DNA of 64,000 bases from Mobula hypostoma (lineage: Eukaryota): positions 3,162,001 through 3,226,000 of the forward strand of contig NC_086097.1 of assembly GCF_963921235.1 (NCBI RefSeq). Reading direction: 5' to 3'. The translations under genes were made by a program, and so were the position numbers. Shown piece after piece: positions 24,451 to 38,639 of this stretch. Position 1 is the first letter of the stretch. Each line of letters begins with the position of its first letter. The notes under the pieces were generated by a model. It worked only from the letters and a program-made list of their open reading frames with translations, searched no databases and was not told the origin of the DNA.

Positions 24451-25476
24451 CTTTCATTGCTCTGGATGAGACCAAATACAAACTGTATAGTTACTCGATT
24501 GAACAATTGTATTCAGAAAGCAGGTGTGCCTCTGAGCTTTTATTCGATACTTTGTCATTTGAACACCCCTCTCCATTTCATACTTCAGAATAGAGAATCA
24601 TGGAAATGTATCAGTATCTGTGGAAATGTCAGCCTATTCTGACGTCCCTGTTTCTAGTAAAACATTCAAGTAAAGGCACTTCACCTTTTAATTAGGCTCT
24701 TCTATTTAGTAAATGCATCTCCATTTTCTGTAACTTTATTTAACAAGCATGTTTTTTTTTTAGACAGGAAATTCTTAAAACGGTAAGACCGTAAGATGTA
24801 GGAGCAGAATAAGACCATTCAGCACATTGAGTGCTCCACCATTACATCGAGGCTGATTATATCCCTCTCAACCCTATTCCCTGCCTTCTACCCATAACCT
24901 TTAATACCTGACTAATCAAGAACCCATCAACCTTCGCATTAAGTATATTCAATGATTTGGCCTCCACAGCCATCTGCAGACCCACGTCCACTGGAGGCTG
25001 GAAGCCTGTCCTGGGGTTGAAGGACTCTGTTTGTGTGTGTGTGTGTGTGTGTGTGGAATCAGGTTTGTTTTGTCGTTGTTGCTTCTTGTTGTTCTGACAA
25101 GCATTGTGGGCATGCTATTGTGGCGCTGGAATATGTGGCCACACTTGTGGGCTGCCCTCAACAACACATCCTTGGGTGTGTTGTTTGTTAACACAAATTA
25201 CTCACGTATTTCACTGTATGTTTTGGTGTACACATAAATAATCTTGAATCTTGAATTTCAAGTACAAATGTGGCTGCGATGAATATGATTTAACTTGAGT
25301 TTCCTGGGGAATGTACACTAATTTCATCCTTGAATGTTTAAGAAACAAATTGTATCAGTGTGGTGATCAACAGCAGCCAGAGTTTTGATGCAGTTTGTAC
25401 TTAGACTGCTTTTGAAGTGGCTATAGGTTCTATTCTGTCTTACGTTTTTTTTGTATTTTGTGCTTGTATTTTGCAG

Positions 25477-25581
25477 GAACGAGATAAATTCTATCTCTCA
25501 CGATGTGTTATACTTGAATTATTACAAGCACTCAAATTAAAATCTCCAATACCAGACACCAATCTTTTGCTGCTGGTACAG
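25477..25581 (+). CDS. UNC79: UNC79 coding exon: ERDKFYLSRCVILELLQALKLKSPIPDTNLLLLVQ
   Basis: Polypyrimidine tract + TTGCAG acceptor, 105 nt, CAG|GTAAAA donor; matches recalled UNC79 C-terminal region. Confidence 0.93.
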
Positions 25582-25799
25582 GTAAAACTTTGTTCATATC
25601 CTTGGGATATCCTTTACTTATCAAAATATGAGTTACAGTCTACCTGAGTTGTCTCCAAATTGTTGCATCAGTAACTATAGAAGCTACATTTTGGGTAAAT
25701 TTGGTGAGTTACAATAGGACCAGTGTATGTACAATAATAGAGCAGATATTGGGTGGTGTATAGACACAACAACATGGAAGTTTATGAATCCTTAAATAT

Positions 25800-26335
25800 A
25801 GAAGATTAAGGAGATGCTTGTCTTTATTAAGCAAGACATGGAATTCAAGAACAGGAAGGTCGTGTTCGAATTATCTGCAAGATTTATGAGAATGTTGTCA
25901 GGACCCAAGGGCCTGAGTTACAGGGAGAGTTGGGTGGACGAGAACTTTATTCATTGGATTGTAGGAGACTGAAGTATGACCTTATAGAGGTGTATAATAT
26001 TGAAAGGCCAAGACAGAGTGTATGCAGAGAGGATGTTTCCCATATTAGGATCAGAGCGCACAGCCTCAGAATGGAGGGGATGTCCATTTAGAACAGAGAT
26101 GAGAGGGAATTTCTTCAGCCAAAGGGTGGTGAATCTGCAGAATTCATTGCCGCAGACAGCTGCGAAGGCCAAATCATTGGGCGTATTTAAAGTGGAGATT
26201 GATGGGTTCTTGATTAGTCAGGGCATCAAAGGTTATGGGAAAATGGCAGGAGAATGTGGTTGAGGGTGATAATAAGTCAGTCTCAGTGGAATGACAGAGA
26301 CTCAATGGGCTGAATGGCCTAATTCTGCTTATGTA
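25800..26335 (+). mobile_element. CR1 3' fragment
   Basis: PFRTEMRGNFFSQRVVNL. Confidence 0.8.
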
Positions 26336-26607
26336 TCATTGAACAACTATAACTTGCAACATTGTAGAATCTACAGGTGGGAAGTGGGATTTGGCTGGAG
26401 TAAAGCTTTTTGATGAGCACAGACTCAATAAATGGAATTGCTCTTTTTCTGCCTTTTTAAAATTATTCTGTAGTTCATTATGGTTGGTTGTGCAGCATTC
26501 CTTAGCAGTGGCAATAGTACACGGTAGTTTGAAATTCAGCAACGTCGATTTCAGTGGGACCAAGTATTGGAGGGAGGGGGTATGTGTACAAAGCACTGTC
26601 CCTAGTA

Positions 26608-28098
26608 CGGTACCTATAAGGAGCATTCACCCGCCTCGCTTGGAAGTTGTCATATTTTATTGTTTTACAACATTGAATGACAGTAGATTTAATTTGGCTT
26701 TTTTTGGACACTGATCAACAGGAAAAAGACTCTTTCGTGTCCAAGTGAAACCAGGTCTCTACAAAGTGCTCTGTTAATTACAAATATAAAACACAAAATA
26801 ATTGATTGCGTAAGTATTCATCTCCTTCCAGTCAGTTTTTCGTAGAGGCACCTTTGACAATATTTAGTAGATGTAGCCTTGAATCTGTGTGGATAGGCCT
26901 CTATCAGCTTTGCACATCTGGACACTGCAATTTTTACCCATTCTTCTTTACAAAACTGCTCAAGCTCTGTCAGATTGCATGGGGTTCATGAGTGAACAGC
27001 CTTTTCAAGTCCAGAAACAAAATCTCAATTGGATTGAGGTCTGGACCCTGACTTGGCCACTCCAGGACATTTACTTTGTTCTTTTTAAGCCATTCCTGTG
27101 TAGCTTTAGCTTTATGCTTGGGGTCATCATCTTGCTGGAAAACACATCTTCTCCCATGTCACAGTTCTTTTGCAGCCTGCATCAGGTCTTCCTCCAGCTC
27201 TATGGCTTATGCCAAATGTAGCATTTAGTCTCATGGCCAGCAGGCTCAATTTTGCTTTCATCAGACCACAGAACCTTCTTCCAGCTGACTTCAGAGTCTC
27301 CACATGCCTTCTGGCAAACTCTAGTGAAATCTTTTGTAAGTTGTTTTTTCAACAGTAGGTTTTTTCTTTGCCTCTTCCCATAAAGCTGCGACTGGTGAAG
27401 CACCTGGGCAACAGTTGTATGCGCAGTCTCTCCCATCTCAACCACTGAAGCTTGTAACTCCTCCAGGCTTGTCATAGGTCTCTTGATGGCCTCCCTCACT
27501 AGATCCCTTCTTGCACAATCACTCAGTTTTTGAGGACTGCCTGCTCTAGGCTGATTTACAGTAGTGCAGTATTTTTTTCCATTTCCTGATGATTGGGCAC
27601 TCCAAGAGATATTCGGTGACTTGGAGATTTTCTTTTATCCATCTCCTGACTTGTGCTTTTCAATAACCTTTTTCTGAAGTAGCTTGGAGTGTTTTTTTTG
27701 TCTTCGTGGTGTAGTTTTTGCCAGGATACTGACTCACCAGCAGTTGGACCTTCCAGATGCAGGTGTATTTTTACTACAATCAGCTGAAGCACCTTGACTG
27801 CACGGTGATCTCCATTTAAATTATTATATGACTTCTAAAACCAGTCAGATATAGCCAGTGATGATTTGGTGTGGCGTATTAAAGGGTGTGAATACTTGAG
27901 CAATCAATTAATATGTGTTTCATATTTGTAGTTAATTTAGATCATTTTGTAGAGATCTGTTTTCACTTTGACACGAAAGGGCTTTTTTCTGTTGGGGAAA
28001 AAAGCCAAATTAGATCACTGTTAATCAATAAATGGAAAAAACTGTGAAACAATAAATGGAAACTTTGGGTGGGATGTGAATACATTTTATAGACACTG
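26608..28098 (-). mobile_element. Decayed Tc1/mariner DNA transposon with long IR/DR-type TIRs
   Basis: TA flanks at 26606-07 and 28099-100; ~215-bp imperfect inverted repeats (26608-26825, 27882-28098); transposase remnant WKKVLWSDESKIE; frameshifted. Confidence 0.9.
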
Positions 28099-28099
28099 T

Positions 28100-29790
28100 A
28101 GATGGTGATAAAAAGGCCACTCTCAGGGTGCAGGAATAACACCTCATATTCCGTCTCGGTGGCCTCCAACTTGATGACATGAGCATCGATTTCTCCAAGT
28201 TGCAGTGATTTTTCCCATCCTCCCTTTGTTATTCATTTCCCACTCTGCCCCGCCTCTTACTATTTCTTCTCATCCTGCCTATTGCTTATCCTGGTGCCCC
28301 TTCTCCTGACTCCTTCTCCCATGATCCGCTTGTGCAAGGCCTTGACCCTGCCTTGTGCAGCTGGACTTCCTGTCAGATTGCCAGCAGGTTGTAAGAGTGG
28401 GCTCCCTCACTTCCAACCCTCTGACTCTCAGTACAGGAGCCCCTCAGGGCTGCGTACTGAGTCCCCTCCTTTACACCCTGTATACCCATGACTGTATCAC
28501 CACCCACAGCTCTAATCTGCTAATTAAATTTGCTGACAACGCTACATCGATTGGCCTTATCGCAAACAATAACAAGGTGGCCTTCAGGGAAGAAGTCATC
28601 TCTCTGACACTGGTGTCAAGAAAACAACCTCTCCCTCAATGCCGCACAAACAAAGGAGCTGGTTGTGGACTACAAGAGGAATGGAGACAGGCTAACCTCT
28701 CTATTGATATCAATGGATCTGGGGTTGAGAGGGTAAACAGCTTTAAGTTTCTCGGCATCCACATCACCGAGGACCTCACGTGGTCTGTACGCACCAGCTG
28801 TGTGGTGAAAAAGACACAACAGTGCCTCTTTCACCTCAGACGGTTGAAGAAGTTTGGTACAGGCCCCCAAATCCTAAGAACTTGCTACCGGGGCACAATT
28901 GAGAGCATCCTGACTGGCTGCATCACTGCCTGGTATGGGAGCTGTACCTCCCTTAATCGCAGGACTCTGCAGAGAGTGGTGCGGACAGCCCAGCGCATCT
29001 GTAGTTACGAACTTCCCATGATTCAGGGCATTTACAAGGACAGGTGTGTAAAAAGGGCCCGTAGGATCAGTGGGGACAGGAGTCACCCCAACCACAATCT
29101 ATTCCAGCTGCTACCATCTGGGAAATGGTACCGTAGCGTAAAAAGCAGGACCAATAGGCTCCGAGACAGCTTCTTCCACCAGGCCATCAGACTGATGAAC
29201 TGACGCTGATTTGAGTATACTGTATATTACATTGACTGTTTTATTTATTGTAAATTACATATCGACCTTCACTAGTCCGACTACCTGTAATCTGGTTCCT
29301 TCAATAATCCGGCACTGATTATGCTTAATGTGATCCTTCTGTAATTCGGCATTTTCACTAATCCGGCACTCCTCAGGTCCCAGTGGTGCAGGATTAGTGA
29401 AGGTCGACCTGTATTATAAATTACTATGATTGCATATTGCACATTTAGACAAAGACGTAATGTAAAGATTTTTACTCCTCATGTATGTGAAGGATATAAG
29501 AAATAATGTCAATTCAATTCTCCTGGCCAGTCAGGTTCCTCTTTCTCCAGCCCTTTACCTTTTCCATTTATCACCTCCCAGCTTCTCACTTAATTCCCTC
29601 TCCTCACACACCCAGATACTCCCCTCACCTTCCAGCTTGTTCTCTTTCCTCTCCTCATTATTCAGGCATCATCCCCCTTCCTTTCCAGTCTAGATGGAGG
29701 CTCTTGGCTCAAAATGTCAACTATTTATTCCTTTCCATAGATGCTACCTGACCTGATGAGTTCCGTCACTATTTTCTGTGTTTTGCTGAG
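28100..29790 (+). mobile_element. Penelope-like 3' fragment interrupted by a Rex1/Babar LINE (~28330-29515, +)
   Basis: Penelope-type 3' sequence on both sides; inner ORF 28355-29203 [25 protein letters not shown]. Confidence 0.8.
29258..29411. mobile_element. MITE (Tc1/pogo-like)
   Basis: Terminal inverted repeats CATATCGACCTTCACTAGTCC / GGATTAGTGAAGGTCGACCTG, TA on both sides, 154 bp non-coding. Confidence 0.75.
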
Positions 29791-29864
29791 TTCATGCACC
29801 ATTGTGTGTGTTCCCTAGTTCCAGCACCATTGTGTGTGTGTGTGTTGTTGAGTTTCACACTATT

Positions 29865-32800
29865 TTAGACCGTAACACCGGAAGATAAAGGAGCAGAATT
29901 AGGCAATTTGGCCTTTTGAGTCTGCTCTCCCAATTTGTTGTGGTCAATCTATTTTTCCTCTCAGCCTTCTCCCTTCATGCACTGACCAATCTATCAACTT
30001 TTGCCTTAAATCTACAAAAAGATGGCCTCCACAGCTGCCTGTGGCAAAGAATTCCACAGATTCACCACTCTCTGGCTAAAGAAATTCCTCCTCATCATTT
30101 TAAAAGGATGCCCTTCTAATTTGATGCAGTGTCCTCCGGTCTTAGACTCTCCCTCCATCCTCTCCACAGCCACTCTCTGAAGGCCTTTCACCATTCGATA
30201 GTTTTCAATTAGGTCATCACTCATTCTTCTGAATTCCAGTGAATGGAGGCCCAGAGGCATCAAACACTCCTCATGTGACAAGCCTTTCTATCCCAGAATC
30301 ATTTTCATGAACCTCCTCTGAACCCTCTCCAATGTCAGCACATCCTTTCTAAGATAAGAAACCCGAAACTGTTCACAGTGCTCCAAGTGAGGCCTCACCA
30401 TTGATTTATAAAGTCTCAACATTACATCCTTGCTTTTATATTCTAGTCCTATCAAAATGAATGCTAATACTGCATTTGCCTTCCTCACCACAGACTCAAC
30501 GTGGAAATTAACCTTTCAGGAATTGTGAACAAGGACTCCCAAGACCCTTTGCACCTCAGATTTTTGAATTTTCTCTCCATTTAGAAAATAGACTTCGCTT
30601 TTATTTCTTCTACTAAGTGCATGACCATACACTTCCAACACTGTATTCCATCTGCCACTTCTGTGCCCATTCTCCTAATCTGTCTAAGTCCTTCTCTAGC
30701 CTCTCCACTTCCTCAAAATTACCTGCCCCTCCACCTATCTTCATATTATCTGCAAACTTTGCAACAACACCATCAATTCCATCATCCAAATTATTGACAT
30801 GTAATGTAAAAAGAATCGGTTCCTACAGAGACCCCTGTGGAACAGCACTAGTCTCCGGCATCCAGCGAGAAAGGGCTCCCTTTATTCCCACTCTTTGCCT
30901 CCTGCCAATCAGCTACTGCTTTCTCCATGCTAGATTCCCATTGTAATTTGTAGGCTCACATCCTTACTATTGTTTACGGGTCTGTATACACTCACATTGG
31001 GGTCTTTTTACCCTTGCACTTCCATAGCTCTATGCATAATGATCCACCACCTTCTGACCCTATGTCACCTCGCTCTAATAATTTGATTTTATTTTTAACC
31101 AACAGGCCAACGCCTCCCCCTCTGCCTTAATGCCTATCCTTTCGATATGATGTGTATCCATGTGCATTAAGCTCCCAGCTATGATCTTTCAGCCGTGATT
31201 CAGTGATGCCTACGAGATCATACCTGCCAATCTGCAACTGTGCTACAAGTTCATCTGCCTTATTCTGTACACTGCACTCATTCAGATACAACACCCTCAC
31301 TCCTGTATTCCCCCCTTTCGATTTTGTCCGCCTTTTATGTTGCAACTTTTATGCTGACTTTATGCCCTATCAATAGCTTCCCTTCACCATACATTGCCTC
31401 TGTAAACCAGCTACCTTACCTTCAACACTATTATCCGCCTTTCTACAATATTTCTTGATGCTGGGGCACCACTCCACTAGTTGGCATATCTCACTCCTGT
31501 ACACCCTCTCGTCACCACCTGAGATTCTACCAACAATGGTTGTATCATCAGCAAGTTTATAGATGGTATTTGAGCTATGCCTAGCCACACGGTCATGTGT
31601 ATATAGAGAGTAGAGCAGTGGGCTAAGCACACATCCCTGAGGTGCGCCAGTGTTGATCATCAGCGAGGAGGAGATGTTATCACCAATGCGCACAGACTGT
31701 GGTCTTCCGGTTAGGGAGTCGAGGATCCAATTGCAGAGGGAGATACAGAGGCCCAGGTTCTGTAACTTCTCGATCAGGATTGTGGGAATGATGGTATTAA
31801 ATGCTGAGCTATGGTCCATGAACAGCATCCTGACGTGGGTGTTTATGTTATCCTGGTGGTCTAAAGCCGTGTGGAGAGCCATTGAGATTGCATTGACCTA
31901 TTGTGGAGATAGGCAAGTTGCAATGGTTCCAGGTCCTTGCTGAAGCAGGAGTTCAGTCTAGTCATAACCAACCTCTCAAAGCATTTCGTCACTGTAGATG
32001 TGAGTGCTACCGGGTGATAGTCATTAAGGCAGCCCACATCATTCTTCTCTGGCACTGGTATAATTGTTGCCTTTTTGAAGCAAGTGGGAACTTCTGCCCC
32101 TAGCAGAGAGAGGTTGAAAATGTCCTTGAATACTCCCACTAGTTGGTTGGCACAGGTTTTCAGAGCCTTACCTGGTACTCCATCGGGACCTTCCGCCTTA
32201 CAAGGGTTCACTCTCTTTAAAGACAGTCTAACATCAGCCTCTGAGACAGAGATCACAGGGTCATCAGGTGCAGCAGGGATCTTCACAGCTGTAGTTGTGT
32301 TCTCCCTTTCGAAGCGGGCATAGAAGGCGTTGAGTTCATCTGGTAGTGAAGCATCGCTGCCATTCATGCTGTTGGGTTTCACTTTGTAGAAAGTAATGTC
32401 GTGCAGACCCTGCCAGAGTTGCCATGCATCCGATGTCACCTCCAAATTGTCCCTTCACCCTTGATCTAGCCCTCCGCAAATCATACCTGGTTTTCTGGTA
32501 CAGGCCTGGGTTACCAGACTTGAATGCCACATATCTAGCCTTCAGGAGTCGACATACCTCCTGGTTCATCCATGGCTTTTGGTTTGGGAATGTACAGTAA
32601 GTCTTTGTAGGCACACACTCATCCGCACAGGTTTTAATGAAGTCGGTAACATCTGCAGCATACTCATCCAGATTCGAAGATGAATCCCTGAATGCGGTCC
32701 AGTCCATCGATTCAAAGCAGTCCTGTAGGCGCTCCTGTGCTTCCCTTGTCCATACCTTCTTGGTCCTCACTACTGGTGCTGCAGTCTTCAGTCTCTGCCT

Positions 32801-33450
32801 ATACTCAGGGCGTAGAAATACAGCCAGGTGATCAGACTTCCCGAAGTGAGGGTGTGGAATAGTACGGTAGGCATTCTTGATGGTGGTGTAACATTGTCCA
32901 GAGTGTTGTTTCCTCTGGTATTGCAAGTGATCTGTTGATGGTAATTGCTTAGGTCTTCTGAAAATCCAATTGCACAGCATCCACTGATTCTCCTTTGTCT
33001 TCACTGTTTGTTATTTCTTCGGATTTGTTCAGCATGTTTTTCTATTGAGGAAACTATGCTGACTAAGGCCTATTTTATCGTATGCCTCCAAGTACCTTGA
33101 AACTACACCCTTAACAACAACTCCAATAGCTTCCCAACCACTGAGATCAAATTTACTGGCCTATAATTTCCTTTCTTCTGCCTCTCTCCTTTCTTGAAGT
33201 GTGGAGTGACATTTCCAATTTTCCATTCCTCTATCACCATGCCAGAATCTAGTAATTCTTGAAAAATCATTATTAATGCCTCCACAATCTCTTCAGCCAG
33301 CTCTTTCAGAACCCTGGGGTGTACACCATCTGATCCAGGTGACTTACTTACCTTCAGACCTTTCAGTTTCCCATGATACTTCTCCCTCATAATAGCAACT
33401 TCACACACTTCTGCCCCCTTATATTCTCGAACTTCAGGCATACTGCTAAG
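29865..33450 (-). mobile_element. CR1 fragments with nested Rex1/Babar LINE (~31457-32960, -)
   Basis: CR1 RT/EN remnants; Rex ORFs 31370-33004 ([32 protein letters not shown]). Confidence 0.85.
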
Positions 33451-33639
33451 TGTGGGCTGCTGAGTTCCTGCACCATTTTGTGCGTCTATTGCAGAGTTCC
33501 TACACCATTGTTTCTGAGTTGCTGTGTTCCTGCACCATCGTATGTGTGTGTTGCTGAGTTCCTGCACCGTTGTGGACATGTTGTCAAATTCCTGCAGCAT
33601 TGTGTCTGTGTTGCTGAGTTGCTGCACCATTGTTGTAGA

Positions 33640-36600
33640 TTTATAGAGAAGTACAGCACAGAAACAGGCCCTTCACCCCATCTTGTCTCTGCTGAAACAA
33701 TTTATATTGCTGACTCCTGTTGACCTGCACCGGGACCATAGCCCTCCGTATCCTTGCTATCCATGTACCTACCCAAACTTCTCATCAACATGGAAATTGA
33801 ACTCGAATGGACCACTTGTGCTCACTCCACACTCTCACCATCCTCTAAGTGAAGAGGTTTCCCCTTATGTTCCCCTTAAATCTATCAACCTTTCAACCTT
33901 AACCCATGATCTCTGGTTATAGTCCCACTCAAACTCAGTGGATTTCATAATTCTGTATACCTTAATCTTCTACAATCCAAGGAATAAAGTCCTAACCTAT
34001 TACTTTTTCCTTATTACTCAGGTCCTTCAGACCCAGCAACATCCTTGTAAATTTTCTCTGTACTCTTTCACCCTTGTTTACATCTTTCCTGTAGGTGGGT
34101 GGCCAAAACTGCTTACAATACTCTACATTAGGCCTCACCAATGTCTTGTACAATTTCAACATAACATCCCATCTCCTGCACTCAATACATTGATTTATGT
34201 AGGCCAATGTGCCCAAAAAAATTCTTTGACTCTTTCTACCTGTGATGACACTTTCAATGAATTACAGACCGTATGCCCAGAGCCCTTTGTTCTGCCACAC
34301 ACCTCAGTGCCCTACCCTTCACTGTGTAAGACTTACCCTGGTTAGTCCAACCGAAGTGCAATACATTGCACTGCCTGCATTAAATTCCATCTGCCATTAT
34401 TCAACTTATTTTTCCAGCTGGTCCACATCTCTCTACAAGCCATGATAGCCTTCCTTGCTGTCCACTTCACCCCCAGTTTTGTTGATTCAGATAACTATAT
34501 TATCATCCAGGTCATGGATATAGATGACGAACAACAACGGGCCCAGCACTGATCCCTGCCGCACACCTCCAGTCAGAGCAGCCATCTACTACCACCCTCT
34601 GGCCTCTCTGACAAAGCCAATGTCTAATCCAATTTACTACCTCATCTTGAATGCCAAGCAACTGAACCTTCTTGACCAGCCTCCAATGGGGACCTTGTCA
34701 AATGCCTTGCTAAAGTCCACGTAGACAACATCCACTGCTTTGCCTTCATCCACTTTCCTAGTAACCCCTCAAAAAGTTCTATAAGATTGGTTAGACATTA
34801 CCTACTACACACGAATCCATGCTGTCTATACTTAATCAGTCCATGTCTATCCAAATGCTTATAAATCTGGTCCCTTAGAATACCTTCAATAACTTTCCCA
34901 CAACTGATCTCAGAGTCACCGGCCTATAATTTCCTAGTTTATGTTTAGAGTCTTTTTTAAAGAGCAGAATAATGTTGGCTATCTTTTAGTCCTCTGGCAC
35001 CTGTCCTGTCATGAAGGATGATTTAAATATCTCTGCTTGGGCCCCACCAACTTCTGCACTTGCCTGCCATAGGGTCCGATGTAACATCTTGTCAGACCCT
35101 GGGGATTTATCAACCCTGATTTGCCTCAGAGTAGCAAAAAACTTCCTCCTCTGTAATCTGTACAGGGTCCATGAAGTTGATGCCACTTTGCCTCACTTCT
35201 ATGGACACTGTCCATCTCCCGGGTAAATACAGATGCAAAGAATTTATTTAAGATATTCCCCATCTGTTTTGGCTTTACACGTGGATTACCATTTTGAACT
35301 TCCAGAGGACAAATTTTGTTCCTTTTGCTCTTTTCCTTTTGCTCTTAACATATCTGTTGAATCCCTTAGGATTCTCCTTCACTTTGTCTGCTGGAGCGAC
35401 TTCATGCCTTCTTTTAGCCTTCCTGATTTCTTTCTTCCATTTTCTCTTGCATTTCTTGTACTCCATAAGCACCACATTTGTTCTTACCTGCCTATGCATG
35501 CTATACACCTCTTTTTTTCTCTTAACCAGGACCTGAATATCTTTTGAAAACTAAAGTTCCCTACACTTGCTATCTGTACCTTTTGTTCTGACAGGCACAT
35601 ACAAGCATTGTACTCTCAGAATTTTGCTTTTGACGGCCTCCTACTTAGCAAGTACACCTTTGCCAGGAAAATAGCCGGCCCCGATTCACACTTCTGATAC
35701 CATCAAAACTGGCCTTTCTCCAATTTAGAATCTCAACTCGTGGACCAGAACTATCTTTTTGCATATTTACTTTGAAACTGATGGCATTGTGGTCATTGGA
35801 TGCAAAGTGTTCCCCTACACAAACTTCTGTCACCTGTCCTGTCTCATTCCCTAATAGCAGATGCAGTATTGCATTCTCTCTCATTGTGACTTCAATATAG
35901 ATTCCTTCATTTCCTTTATTGAAGGAAACTTTCCTGAATACATTTGACAAACTCTATCACATCTAGCCCTTTTACTGTATGGGATTCCCAGTCAATATGT
36001 GGAAAGTTAAAATTACCTACGATAGCAATCTTATGTTCCTTGCAACAGTGTGAGCTCCCTCTCTAAATCTGTATCACTAAATCCCTGGGACTTTTGGGTG
36101 GTCTATAATATCGACCCATTAATACAGTCATACCTTTCTTATTTCTCAGTTCCATCCATAACACCTCATCAGACAAGTTCTCCATTCTGTCCTGACATCT
36201 TCCCTGACGAGTAAATCCCCCCCCCCTTTAATCCCTCCTGCTCTCTCATGTCTGAAACAATGGAACCCAGAAATATTGAACTGCCAGTCCTGTCCCTCCC
36301 ACAACCAAGTCTCACTAATGGCTGCACTATCATAACTCCAGGTATTGATCCATGCCCTGAGCTCATCCGCCTTTCCTACAATACTTCTTGCACTGAAATC
36401 TTGGGACACTAATCGCATAATGCAGAACTTTTTAGTTCTTGACTTTTTCTGAGGTTTTATCAACACCTGTCTCTATAATCTCTCCACTAACTGTTCTGCC
36501 ACTCTGGTTCCCATCTCCCTGCAACTCTGGTTTAAACCCCACCGTGCAGTATTAGTAAACCTTCCAGCTAGAGTATTAGTACCCCTCCAGTTCAGGTGCA

Positions 36601-36985
36601 AATAGCTTCTTCTGTACAGGTCCCGCCTTCCCTGGAAGAGCGCCCAGTCATCTGTAAGTCTTATGCTCTCCCTCCCCCACCAACCTTTTAGCCACATGTT
36701 GAACTATATAGTCTTCCTGGTTTTGACCTGACTAGCACATAACATGGGGAGCAATCCTGAGATCACAACCCAGGAGGACCTGCCCTTTAACTTAGCACCT
36801 AACTCCCTGAACTCCTTATGCAGAACCTCATCACTCATCCTACCCATGGCATTGGTACCGATATGAATCATGATCTCTGGCTGTTCACCCTCCCACTTAA
36901 GAATGCTCAGGACTTGATCTAAGATCTCCTGGACCCTGGCACCCAGGAGGCAACAAACAAACAGCCTGGCCCAATCCACTGGTAA
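33640..36985 (-). mobile_element. Long decayed CR1 retaining ORF1 SGNH-esterase, endonuclease and RT remnants
   Basis: GARVQ...IHIGTN...VVISGLLP (esterase), ARSIVGKADEL...ISETWL (EN), NDHN, RT remnants. Confidence 0.85.
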
Positions 36986-37995
36986 CTGTGTGTTGCTAAA
37001 TTCCTGCACTATTCTCTGTGTTTTGCTGAGTTCCTGCACCATTGTGTGTATTGCGGAGTTCCTGCACCATTTTATTTGTGTTGCTGAGTTCCTGCACCAT
37101 TGTATGTGTGTTGATGAGTTTCTGCACCATTTTGACTGTGTTGCAGAGTTCCTATAGTATTGTGTGTGTTATAATTCCTGCAGAATTTTGTGTTTTTTGC
37201 TGAGTTCCTGAAGCATTGTGTGTTTTTGCCGAATTCCTGCAATGTTGTGTGTTTTTGCTGTTCCTGCACCATTATGTGTTTGTTGCAGAGTTCCAACAAC
37301 ATTGTGTGTGTGTGTGTTGCCAAGTTCCTGCACTATTGTTTGTATATTGCTGAGTTCCTGCACCATTGTGCGTGTTGCCGAGCTTCTGCACCATTTTGAC
37401 TGCGTTGCAGAGTTCCTGCAGCATTGTGTGTTATAATTCCAGCAGAACTTTGTGTTTTTTGCTGAGTTCCTGCACCGTTGCATGTGTATTGCTGAATTCC
37501 TGCACCATTGTGTGTTTGTTGCCAAGTTCCAGCAACATTGTGTGTGTGTTGCTGTGTTCCTGAACCATTGTGCCTGTATTACTGAGATTCTACACTATTG
37601 TGTATGTGTTGCTCAGTTCCTGCAGCATTGTTTTTTGCTGAGTTCCTGTACCATTGTGTCTGTGTTGCTGAATTCCAGCAACATTGTCTGTGAGTTGCCG
37701 AGCTTCTGCACCATTGTGTGCATGTTGCTCAGTTCCTGCGCCATTGTGTCTGTGTTGCCGAGTTTCTGCACTATTGTAGTATGTATTACTGAGTTTTTGC
37801 ACCATTGTGTGTGTGTTGCTCAGTTCCTGCAGCATTGCGTGTGTTGTGAGTTCCTGCACTATTCTGTGATTTTTGCCAAGTTCTTGCACTATTGTGTGTG
37901 CAATGCTGAGTTCCTGCAACATTGTGTGTGTGTGTTGCCGAGATCCTGCGCCATTTTGTGTGTGTTGCCTAGTTCCTGCATCATTGTGTATGTGG
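36985..37995 (+). repeat. Minisatellite, ~28-30 bp unit GCTGAGTTCCTGCACCATTGTGTGTGTT (largest block)
   Basis: Directly visible tandem array; further blocks ~29770-29860, 33455-33635, 38385-38635, 39790-39865, 42630-43230, 43460-43640, 45590-45670, 48245-48490. Confidence 0.95.
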
Positions 37996-38639
37996 GAAAT
38001 TCTTCAATCAGGGCGCTTGTGACTACTGGAAATTTAAAGTAAAAGATAATCTTTAACGCTCTCTTTTGTTTATGTTATAATCTTTATTTTGTGATCTGGA
38101 CTGAAGATCAGATCCTGGCATTGATCAACCTTCAAGAGAAGTTTATATTTTAAGGCATTTTTGCAGAGTTTTCACTGATGAGCACATTACCATCACATCA
38201 TCAAAATACTGAAGTTTATTTGAAATGAAATGAGAAAGAAAGATTTGAAAGTCAATCCTGCAAATAAAGACCATGCCCTTGAATAAATTTGTTTTAACTC
38301 ATTTTTAAGAACATTCAAAATATATTTTTGAGACACATTTTCTTAAGTGAGTCAATATTTTCCTTGGCTAATCAATGAAACATTCCTGTACCATTGTGTG
38401 TAGCTACGTTCCTACGCCATTGTGTGTGTGCTGTTGTGTCCCTACACCATTGTGTGTGTGTTACTGTGTCCCTGCACCATTGTGTGTGTTTTGCTGAGTT
38501 ACAGCACAATTGTATGTACATGTTCCTTAGTTCCTGGTCACCTTTCGTGTGTCATGCTGAGTTTCTGTACCATTGTTTGTGTGAGGTTAACCGAGTTCCT
38601 GCCCTATTGAGTGTGTGTTGCTGAATTCCTGTACACCGT

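Noticed and set aside
25417..25647. Stand-alone small ORFs overlapping UNC79 exons (also 58662-58895)
   Set aside because: Read-through into intron; true boundaries are set by splice sites
36985..37995. CRISPR-like repeat array
   Set aside because: Eukaryotic context; degenerate tandem units without unique spacers; no cas genes
37072..38042. Cys/His-rich and MVQELSNTH-repeat ORFs
   Set aside because: Translations of the minisatellite in several frames; no splice or homology support
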